This document shows positions 1 to 9,760 of a stretch of 9,760 bases of DNA, one piece after another. Position numbers and translations under genes: made by a program. The stretch covers positions 1 to 9,760 of the forward strand of contig JBHGNT010001332.1 of NCBI GenBank assembly GCA_043228905.1, read 5' to 3'. The notes beneath the pieces are model-generated. The model saw only the letters and a list, made by a program, of their open reading frames with translations, had not been told where the DNA came from and did no database searches. The number at the start of each line of letters is the position of its first letter. The stretch's first letter is position 1. Origin of the DNA: Azolla caroliniana (lineage: Eukaryota; Plantae; Polypodiophyta).

Positions 1-1158
1 ATCCTTTGGGGAGCTAGAGTAGGTAGGGGATGAAGGTTTAAAATTCCTTGCCCTCACGGAGCTTGGTTTCAGCACAACTATCCTAGTTGGAACCTGATAG
101 TTGGCACCATATACCAATGAGGGATCTGCATACCGTTGGTAACCCAATGATTCTTCACTGCATGATGGTGGTGACTCTGCAACGTTAAACTCATTTGTAT
201 CCACTGCTGCATCTTCAGTGGAGCTTTCTGGATCACCAATCCTAGAGTTGATCCTTGACCTAGACGAATCTTTAGCCCGAGGCTGAGGCCTATAGCTTTC
301 ATCTGGCATTGGGTGTGAATATCTAGCATTCGTGGTTTGTGAAGGATGTGGAAGAAAATTACTGCTCATACAGTCTTCTTGTTCAAGCCTTGGTAAAAAG
401 GACTTGGACTCTTGAATGAACTTCATAAAGAAATCTTTGTTGGTCTGTAAAAAGTTTAGGGTATCCTGAAGCTCTCTTGACTCTTTAAATCTCTCTTCTT
501 GTGTGGTTATCCTTGAGCTGCTATGTTTTTCACTTATATCTGCACGATGCATCTTTTCATAAAGAACTTCATGTTTATCAATCTTAGATAAAGATGAATT
601 GTCATTTTTGGCTGACTTTTTTGAATGGCCTAACTTTTGGCTTCGCAATGCATCAAAATCTTTCCTTAACTCTTCAAACTGTTCTTCCTGTGGATGATTT
701 TGGAAGGATAGATATTGGACATCATTTTCTTCATCATATTCCATCCGATTTTGTTGGAGATTGCTTGTGTGCTGACCTGTGATAGCAGATGCTTTTTTGG
801 TTTTCGAGAACTGTCTAACATTGTGAGACAGTTTATCCTGGTGATCCTGTCTCTCTATGATTACTTTATGAGAAGTTTTCTCATCTATATTGGATATCAC
901 CTTCCCTGTTGACCCCTTATGTAGGGTTTTAGGGCTTATCGGCTGTGGTTTATTAAGAGTTTTAGAATTTGTAGGTAATGTCTTCTGAAGCGTTTTCGAA
1001 CCCATCGGCAGTGCTTCCAGACCCATCAACCGTGCAACCACACTGGGGGTATGATTCTTGACATCTGGGCCTTTTGATGATTCTCGTTTAATGAGACCCT
1101 TCACAGGCATTCCATTGGATTTTCTCAAGGCTGATGCAGTAGGTGTTTCATGCCAATA
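1..1158 (-). CDS. TRM-family gene, large internal exon (386 codons, open to the window edge)
   Basis: No stop codon in frame from 1158 to 1; acceptor tttgcag|TAT ends at 1159. PSVVARLMGLEALP at 1047-1006, HPQEEQFEELRKDFDALR at 696-643, DUF3741-like segment at 480-394, PTRIVVLKP at 90-64. Probably absent from the ORF track because no stop lies inside the window. Confidence 0.92.
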
Positions 1159-2317
1159 CTGCAAATTATGTGTAAAAAGAATACCTATTAGTCAAATGGA
1201 TCAACATCCTTGTTTGAGAAGCACAAAACGTAAAAGCATTCACACTACCTGAGTATCTTCATTTTTTGGTGGCTTTAACTTGGTAGCTTCTGCAAAACTA
1301 CCTTCCACATGCGAACTATTTTCCGGGGGAGTCAGACCTAACCAAAAGATAGTGTTAATTCAAAGCATAGAAATGTGCCAAGTTTCTGCATAAGACAGCT
1401 AGAAATTTAATAGTAGTTCCTAGGATAACATTCTCAAACAATGGAAATACCCCGGAGAAGAGGTAGCCTGTGCGAACCGTCCACATGACTATGATAATCT
1501 TTTAGGAAAAAGGTGACCATAAAGCATACTTGATGGTTAAATATATTTCTAAAGTGAATAATTTCCGGTGGAAATAGATAAGTGTTCTTCCAGCGTCCTA
1601 TAAATTTCCATTATTTTCTCATGATTTCCATTTATTTCCAGGCAGTAAAAGGAAGACCAACAAAATACTAAAGAAATGATTATACTAAATGTTGATTTTC
1701 TTTAGCATCCCTCCATTGTACAAAAGTTGCCTGATCTTACAGATGAAAATAATAATTGTCTATACGATAATTAACCAGCTGCAGTCAACAGCTATCTGTA
1801 CCAAATTCAACATATGCATTCAGCTGCACATACTAGACTTAATCAATCACGTTCAATAACTATCCAGAAGAGACTTAATCAGTTGCATTCTACATCTATT
1901 CATACCAAAATTAATCAGCTGCATTCTGCGGAAATCTATAATACATCTACTTAGTCACATTCAACAGCCATTGAGACTTGAGATGCACTTGGCAGTGGAA
2001 TATACCAGATGTAATCTGACGTATGAAACAGCTAAGTGATTGCATTCGATAGCCACATATACCAGATGAATCTGGTTGCATTCAAACTTTGTGTACACCA
2101 TATATAAACTGGTAACATTCAACAGCTATCTATACTAGATTCCCATTATTTGCATTCAACCGGTATTTATATCGGATTAAATCAGTTACATTCAACACAA
2201 ATACATCAAATTACCTGATTTCAGTTTCTTTTCAGTTGTTAGTTTCCTCCCAGAGAGGGCCTGATTGAAGTCGAAAAGATGCATAAGCCCCCCCATCCAA
2301 CCAGCTTTATCTCGTTC
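1..2317 (-). CDS. TRM (TON1 recruiting motif)/LONGIFOLIA-family protein with VARLMGL and DUF3741-type motifs; spliced, 3' end beyond the left edge of the window. Core model join(2317-2215, [1498-1451], 1337-1249, 1158-<1)
   Basis: Manual translation gives ...AGWMGGLMHLFDFNQALSGRKLTTEKKLKS...GLTPPENS...GMPVKGLIKRESSK...TPSVVARLMGLEALP...HPQEEQFEELRKDFDALR...SRELQDTLNFLQTNKDFFMKFIQESKSFL...PTRIVVLKP. VARLMGL, the DUF3741-like segment and PTRIVVLKP are characteristic of plant TRM proteins. All junctions are GT-AG and phase-compatible. Confidence 0.88.
1249..1337 (-). CDS. TRM-family gene, internal exon (89 nt, phase 1 in, phase 0 out): (G)LTPPENSSHVEGSFAEATKLKPPKNEDTQ
   Basis: Acceptor ttttggttag|GT, donor CAG|gtagtg; a 90-nt intron joins it in frame to the 1158 exon; GLTPPENS resembles the GLEAPRNS motif I recall from related proteins. 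Confidence 0.8.
1451..1498 (-). CDS. TRM-family gene, candidate 48-nt symmetric (phase 1-1) exon: (D)YHSHVDGSHRLPLLR
   Basis: GC-richer island in AT-rich intron; acceptor cctaaaag|AT (weaker AAG type), donor CGGG|gtattt; stop-free and frame-preserving whether included or skipped. Confidence 0.45.
1771..2211. repeat. Degenerate intronic tandem repeat, ~36-bp unit, about 13 full or partial copies
   Basis: Approximate consensus TTAATCAGTTGCATTCAACAGCTATCTATACCAGAT; 36-nt units at 1771, 1839, 1875, 1911, 1975, 2032, 2068, 2105, 2142 and shortened units at 1807, 1947, 2011, 2178 (aligned by eye). Confidence 0.8.
2215..2317 (-). CDS. TRM-family gene, N-terminal motif exon: ERDKAGWMGGLMHLFDFNQALSGRKLTTEKKLKS; ATG at 2296 is a candidate start
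   Basis: Acceptor ttttgtatag|GAA at 2318, strong donor CAG|gtaatt at 2214; MGGLMHLFDFNQ fits the N-terminal G-x-M-x-G-L-x-x-x-F-D-F type motif of TRM proteins; phase-1 end fits the downstream exons. Confidence 0.82.
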
Positions 2318-2477
2318 CTATACAAAATAAAACTGATATATCAGAACTATTTTCTCATAACAACAAAGAGACAGAGCATTGTGAGGCATATTATAGAATT
2401 TCAGCTGATTTATTAGGTCTATTTTCTGTAGCAACAGCAAACAAGCACTTTGGCATGATAAAGAAACAAGATGTTAC

Positions 2478-2533
2478 AAGAGATGCCTCTCTTTCCATCT
2501 TGTGTGGCAGTAAGATCATTCTTCGATGGAAAA
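2478..2533 (-). CDS. TRM-family gene, candidate upstream exon (56 nt): (V)FHRRMILLPHKMEREASL, in-frame ATGs at 2519 and 2498
   Basis: Acceptor ttctgctag|TT at 2534, donor CTT|gtaaca at 2477; phase 1 in, phase 0 out, so it bridges the 3103 and 2317 exons in frame. No recognisable homology. Confidence 0.4.
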
Positions 2534-2769
2534 CTAGCAGAAATTTTTTACTGACATACATGAGAACGCATTAAACAACACAAAAAAACACGTATTGTGA
2601 GATGCACCACCGTGTCCTTCAAGAAGAACACAAACAAAATAATAAAGAAAAAATGCCTTAAAAAACCCAATGCAGGCCTTAAAATCAACACAACGAGGTG
2701 AGGAATGGAGAAGAATACATATTATAATGGAAAAGCAATGCGTAGAGACATTTTTCATAAATATACAGA

Positions 2770-3072
2770 CATAGTAGAAGTGATGATGGAAATGCTTTTG
2801 TGAACCAGAAAAGCAAGGAGATAATTAGAAATGATGAATAAAGGCTTCTCAGAACCAGACATCAAACCTTTTGCGGAAAAACACAGATGCAATCACAAAT
2901 TATGGAAACAGTAATGAGAACTAGAAAAGCAAATATCTCTTGCAGAAGAACACAGAATTGATGAAAATGCTTTAAAAAACTGAAATTAAGCATTACTTGC
3001 AGAAAGAACACAGAGATGGTGGATGGCAAAGGCGTTAAGGAAAAGAAATCAGACGTTACAGAATAACACAGA
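2770..3072. repeat. Degenerate ~57-69-bp repeat, about 5 copies, in the presumed first large intron of the TRM gene
   Basis: Anchor TT(G/A)C(A/G)GAA..AACACAGA at 2871, 2940, 2997, 3056; companion block GATG..AAA(T/G)GC.TT....AAC(C/T)AGA-like near 2780, 2833, 2901, 2960, 3022. Confidence 0.6.
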
Positions 3073-3102
3073 CACTAGGAGTAGAAAGTGAGAAAGAAGT
3101 AC

Positions 3103-3124
3103 CAAGTTCGCAACTTCTATTCAT
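3103..3124 (-). CDS. TRM-family gene, candidate first coding segment MNRSCEL (may instead be 5'-UTR)
   Basis: ATG at 3124, donor TTG|gtactt at 3102 followed by T-rich intron-like sequence; phase 1 matches the 2533 acceptor; lies just downstream of a CT-rich leader. Confidence 0.35.
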
Positions 3125-3243
3125 GTAGATCGATATGTCTCAATGGAAAGACGGATCGGCCGTTTTGCATCGCATTTCCAATGTAGAGGAAGAGGAAGTT
3201 GCGCCTGAGAGATGGTGATTCCTTGAGTGTAGAGAGAGGAGGA

Positions 3244-3261
3244 GGGTTAGGGGGGGGGGGG
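3244..3261 (+). repeat. GGGTTA followed by G12 tract; G-quadruplex-competent motif
   Basis: GGG-TTA-G12 (3250-3261) satisfies the four-G3-run pattern. Confidence 0.6.
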
Positions 3262-3414
3262 AGGAACTGGATATGGTTAGGTTAAAGCGAAGAAGAAGAA
3301 GAAAAAAAAAAGGCGGCTGAGAGAGGGAGAGAAAGGAGGAGTATCTTTACTGTCACCGCCGCAGTGAAAATGACTGTTTTGAAGAAAGCCTCTGCAAATG
3401 CACACAGAGAGAGC

Positions 3415-3440
<26 letters not shown>
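3415..3440. repeat. (AG)13 microsatellite / GAGA element in the TRM leader or promoter
   Basis: Perfect AG dinucleotide run within a purine-rich tract; (CT)n on the transcribed strand is common in plant 5'-UTRs. Confidence 0.95.
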
Positions 3441-3446
<6 letters not shown>

Positions 3447-3543
3447 AGGGAGCTGAGAGCAGAGACTGATTGTTTTACTGAGGAGAGGAAGACGAAGAAA
3501 GAGAATGAGAGACGGACAGCTCACACCTCACTCACCATACCCA

Positions 3544-3546
<3 letters not shown>

Positions 3547-3580
<34 letters not shown>
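3547..3580. repeat. (AC)17 microsatellite
   Basis: Perfect AC dinucleotide run. Confidence 0.95.
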
Positions 3581-3584
<4 letters not shown>

Positions 3585-5508
3585 TAAAAGTGCACGGTTC
3601 TTCTCGGTCTCGAAACTCCGTCTGTCTTTTCATGCTTTCTTTCTTTCTTGTTGTGTCTAGGAGGAAGACGGAGACGGAGACGAAGATGGTCGGAATTGGA
3701 ATCGGGTCCATCCATTTCCCGAAGCCTCACTTGCCCCTCGTTCTTCCATTGGCCAATTGATCTTCTCCTTCCGCTATATTGTGTTTCGGGGGTGCATGGA
3801 GCAGGTGGGGTAAAGAGATAATCAATCAATCCATCGAGGAGTAGCTTGGGGTGTGTGGCATACACCGATGATCGGTCACGACTCCTTTTGTCCCGGCGAT
3901 ATTAATCGTGTGTTGATCGAAAACTTCGTAGACCTACTTCGAACATGCTCTAAAACGGCCAAATATTGTGGAGCCCTAACAACAACTGCATTGATGAAGA
4001 ACAACCTTTCTATGGTAATCATTTTGCCTATCCACTTGTGTGTTGGTAGGAGGTAATTTGTTGTATAACAAACTTGCAATGATCTAAATTTAGGAAGTGC
4101 ACACAAAAATATATTGGGGTGGGAAACTATCATCAAGTATGTTTAGTTGACTTCGAGCTTACTAGAGGATATATATTATTAGGTTTTGACAATGTGCTTG
4201 GAGATTGATGTGCATCATGTAAACAATTTAACAACTCTTTTGGCAATGTGAGCATTGTTTGAGGGGACAAACAACGAAGTGGATCACACACGAAGTAACT
4301 CAACAACTTGGTAAATTCGTCTCTTTAAGCAAGTAGAATATATTTTTTAGACGACAAACTAAGAAATCATACCCAAACAAAACATCATGATCTATTCATC
4401 TACTGAGTTGGATTCTACATCGTGTCTACATATCAGGGAAAAAATATGTGAGCAAACATAACTAATAGAAATACTCATAAGCCACTTGGATATGTTTTTG
4501 ACTCGTAACTATTATTAAAATCAAGTGTAAAGGTTTTTTGGTATGTATGCACATGCCCTATTGTGCTAACACTCTAATTTCTAAATGCAAATGTGGAGGA
4601 AGAACTAGCATATAAAACAATGGAGTGCAAGTTGAACTCAAATAGAGACCATAAACTAAGTTGCCATTGTTTTTATTTTAGGGGGGGAAGGAGCATTGAC
4701 TATCCTTATCTAGATGAGCTATGATTGACATATTATCGCAAAAAAATACAAGTGCAAGGCAAAAAGCCACAGTATCGATCAAGTGGTTATCATCTCTATT
4801 GGCCTCAATTCAATGCACACCATGTGAATTGTGTGATCCATTTAGTTATGCCATGTACGTAGTAATAAATCATAGGCAATAGTTCCAAATCCTATTAATT
4901 CCAACTTGGGTTTTTTTGTGCAAGTTTTACGTGTTTTCGATTATTAGCACAAACCGATCATGGCAACAACAATAAAGAATATCCATCAACATTTGCGACT
5001 ACGACAAATCTAATTACCAAGCATGTGTTTTATTTATTATTGCAACGAGATGGCGTCCACCGTCCAATCAATTACACAAGCTTTTCTTTGCCAATATGGC
5101 CACACAAAAATGCCAACAAGCTCTCATTTCAAAATTAAGTCCCTAGAAACATTTCTAGAGCTATCTCTTGATTGGGAATTATGTGACAATCAAAGAGCAA
5201 AAATATGGTTCACAAATAGCATGACTTGAACCAACAAGGATCGCGATAGATTGTGTCATCTCAAAAAATAGACCACGTCCTATTTATATTTTAACAAAAT
5301 TAATTCGATATAATAACCTATTAATGTATGACTTTTATGTATGCATGAAACATACACCCATACAAGAAAAAATTGTTATTAAAATTTAACTTACACTTCG
5401 AATTCCAACAATCCTCTCAAGAATTTGTGATCCACATTTCTCTTTTATTCTCTTCAATGCATATTAGATACTCATTTTTCTTTCCTCTTCCCCCCTTGAC
5501 ACATTAGA

Positions 5509-5534
5509 TGAAACCCTTTACATAAAGGGTTTCA
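5509..5534. repeat. Perfect 12-bp inverted repeat with 2-nt spacer
   Basis: TGAAACCCTTTA-CA-TAAAGGGTTTCA. Confidence 0.9.
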
Positions 5535-7104
5535 CATGTACCAACGGCTAAGAGCACGTTGCCACTTAGCTCTCATTCTTTACCTTGCATACAATGATTA
5601 CATTGACTACATTTATGGGAATATAATTCCTAATCCATGACATCCTAATGGTTTTTACATTCTTTCAAAGAAGAAGGGTGTTGGTGGTGGCGCCAATGCA
5701 AAAAATGCTTTCTACATGACCGTTCAAAATGCCCAACAAATCCCTATGGGGGAAGTGCACATGTAACTAGATTGAAGAATAATATCCAGCCTCACGTAAC
5801 TCCACATCCATTGACAACTATCAACGATATTTGCAACAATAAGTTTGGGGATGTTTGACACTCATACATACATGTGATGCTAGCCTTAGCATATATTGTG
5901 AACGAATCCTTTCCTAAAGATATTAGCGTGAGATAAAAGTGTATTTGGGAGGAAGCTCCAAACCCTTGCACACAAATGGAGTTATTGGAGGAGGTGAACA
6001 TAGGAATAACCAAGTATCTCGAGTAGGTTTACATCACAAATGGCTTATGACTACCTTTTCAATAACTCACTTACCTCTTTTGGCAATACAATAATATGTT
6101 CTCTTGGTTGTGCAAGGATAAGCAAAGTTTGATTCTATTAGCATGAATTATGATTGAAGATGAATGTGAATTATTTCATCATTTGACATTAAATTACATA
6201 CATATAATTTTATAATACTTACCATAGTTTTAGATGATAATATCAAATAGATGTCATGGAATTATGGGATTTATTTACAAAAACCTTGTGTTCGAAGATT
6301 AACATTCAGAAACCACAAAGCACACGATTATACATATAAGGTTCTAATAATGATTATACTATAATTAAGCAGCATATTATGGTAATGCAATATTGTCCGT
6401 CGCTTAGAAAGATATGGAAAATGTATTTGATAAGCATGCTTGTAATGTTATAAATGGTAGATTAGCATTATAACAATTGGAAGCTTGGTTGAATCATGAT
6501 TAAATCATTAATATTTCAATGTGAGTTTGCTAAAGCCTGTACATATGTAATGATGATTATGCATGCATCGACTAACCCTAATGTCTAAGCTTGAAACATT
6601 TATTTGTAACAAAACGTTGGATGGTGGACGAATATGACCACACAACAAATATCATTGTCAACTTGACTAGATGTGTGTGCAATGTTTTATGTAAGGTGCA
6701 AAGTGATGCCTTTTTTTTAAGGGGAAATTGGAGAGATGATAAGCTATGACCTATGAAAACGTGCACTTATAGATTCAAACAAAATTACTCCCATGATGTT
6801 GGATAGGGTTAAGGAACCAATACATGTGATCAACGCATAACACGAGCTTAAAAATGATATGAGTTGTATTCATGTGGAGTATCTAAGTGATGGAGTCGAG
6901 ACTCATACAGGCATAACAATATAATGTAGCGAGTTATTGTTTATGGGGTCAAGCTAACGTGATTGATCGATCGACCTTGGTTTTTCTCTCTTTGTTTACA
7001 GGGTTGGCACTTTCCATAACAAGAAGAAGCCAAGCCAAGAAGGTGTAATGTTGTTTGATTAGTTTCCTTTGATCTCAATAGCTGTTAGATACTGGCATAA
7101 TTTT

Positions 7105-7270
7105 GACCAATCCGCTGCGAGGAAGCAGATTGTGCTTGTCTACATGGCTTTCCAACCGTCGATCTGATAAAGCGAAGCCTTAATGAACGGCTAGATGTGA
7201 TACGATAACGGGAGTCGTTGATTTCTCGGATCGCAAGAAAATCGAACGCTTCCCGCGAGGCTTATAAATA
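7105..7270 (+). promoter_or_regulatory. Histone H3.3 proximal promoter
   Basis: CpG-enriched relative to the spacer; CCAAT 7107-7111, CCGTCGATC 7156-7164, AACGG cores at 7186 and 7207, octamer-like CTCGGATC 7225-7232 (one mismatch to CGCGGATC), CTTCCCGC 7249-7256, TATAAATA 7263-7270. Confidence 0.7.
7263..7270 (+). promoter_or_regulatory. TATA box (TATAAATA) of the H3.3 gene
   Basis: Consensus TATA about 30 nt upstream of a pyrimidine-rich leader beginning near 7298. Confidence 0.8.
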
Positions 7271-7320
7271 CTATACGAGAATCATACACAAATACAGTTC
7301 GCTTTCTTTCTTCTTCCCGT

Positions 7321-8936
<1,616 letters not shown>

Positions 8937-8960
8937 GTTCTTGCAGACTCCAATCTGTAC

Positions 8961-8992
8961 AGAAGAAGGAAGAAGAAGAAAAGGAAGAAGAA
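8961..8992 (+). repeat. Imperfect (AAG)n purine tract in the H3.3 3'-UTR
   Basis: agaagaaggaagaagaagaaaaggaagaagaa about 25 nt after the stop codon. Confidence 0.75.
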
Positions 8993-9760
8993 TTTAGATA
9001 GTTATGTAGGTTGTTTTCAGTATGTGTTATTGTCTGTTTTATGCTTTTTCTTGCTGAACTGCTGATGGGGTGACATTTTATGAAACTGTTAATTTGTACC
9101 CAGAAGTTGTTTAGAGCTTGTTAGTTCAGCATAGCTGAACTGGATTCTTTGTTTAACAATCTATTGAAGCAAACCTATTTATACTGTTTGTGTGGACACT
9201 GTTTGTACATCTGGATCCATGTTGTGGATTAATGGGTTCCTTGTCTTATCATACTGAATGATAATGACTCATCAATTCAAAATGGGAAAGCAGAAAGGAG
9301 ATTGTGTTTCATATGACTCGTACAGGGTGGTTATTTGCATTGTGTATTTACATATGTATGGTAGTTTGTATTTAGAATTGGCTATTTATCTGAATCAATG
9401 ACCAAAGAAAATGATATAATTGTGATTATTGGAATGTCTATGGGAAGATTTTTAAAGGGTGTGGTATGTTTGGTGGTGATTTATAATGGCACAAAATGGT
9501 ACTAATAGGTAGGTAGATGATTGCTATTTTTGTATGGTAATTTATGATCTACGTGATTGGTTTGTTACTAAATGCGGAATGATTCATGAACTGACGCATA
9601 ATTGAGAGGAAAAAACAGCTCCATGTGAGTAATAATGAACTGATGAGAAGCCTTTATGTTATATATAGAAGTCATGAAAAGGTTGGGCTGTTTAACAAAG
9701 ACAACGTTTTAGAGAGTTAGTATAGGAGATGATTACCATTTTCCAATGATACCACTGCTT

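Noticed and set aside
78-1252. Supplied ORFs 78-329(-), 594-782(+), 715-912(+), 1058-1252(+)
   Set aside because: Off-frame or antisense shadows of the TRM exon; no recognisable motifs.
1771-2211. CRISPR-like array (36-nt repeats)
   Set aside because: Units are head-to-tail and degenerate with no unique spacers, there are no cas genes, and the context is a plant intron.
3282-3865. ORFs 3282-3524(-) and 3521-3865(-)
   Set aside because: Their SLSLSL, VCVCVC and RLRLRL runs are translations of microsatellites in the leader/promoter.
3853-4136. Overlapping ORFs 3853-4056(+) and 3876-4136(-) as a small divergent gene
   Set aside because: Short, no recognisable domain and no consistent exon chain; expected by chance.
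5860-6025. Possible Ty3/gypsy pol remnant (TCDAS and LEEVNIG peptides on the plus strand)
   Set aside because: Matches are only 5-7 residues, interrupted by stops, with no RT/integrase motifs, LTRs or PBS; a tBLASTn/HMM search would be needed.
9123-9141. Canonical histone 3' stem-loop
   Set aside because: Stem length, loop and sequence do not fit the SLBP-binding consensus, and it is not expected for an intron-containing plant H3.3.

Overview
Land-plant nuclear genomic DNA containing two divergently oriented, intron-containing genes separated by about 3.5-4 kb of AT-rich spacer. (1) Minus strand, running off the left edge: a TON1-recruiting-motif (TRM)/LONGIFOLIA-family gene (VARLMGL + DUF3741-type motifs) that the ORF track missed. 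Well-supported coding exons are 2317-2215, 1337-1249 and 1158-<1. Weaker in-frame candidates are 3124-3103, 2533-2478 and a 48-nt cassette at 1498-1451. (2) Plus strand: a complete replication-independent histone H3.3 gene (CDS join 7536-7607, 8419-8495, 8587-8677, 8766-8936; 136 aa; T31/Y41/H87/L90) with a TATA box, a probable 5'-UTR intron carrying two telo-boxes, and E2F/MSA/octamer-like motifs. Most supplied ORFs are spurious. The most unusual structure is a degenerate array of about 13 units of ~36 bp inside a TRM intron (1771-2211), plus a second ~60-bp degenerate repeat at 2770-3072. I cannot support a new biological system from sequence alone; these arrays, the cassette exon and the cell-cycle motifs on H3.3 are the best leads.
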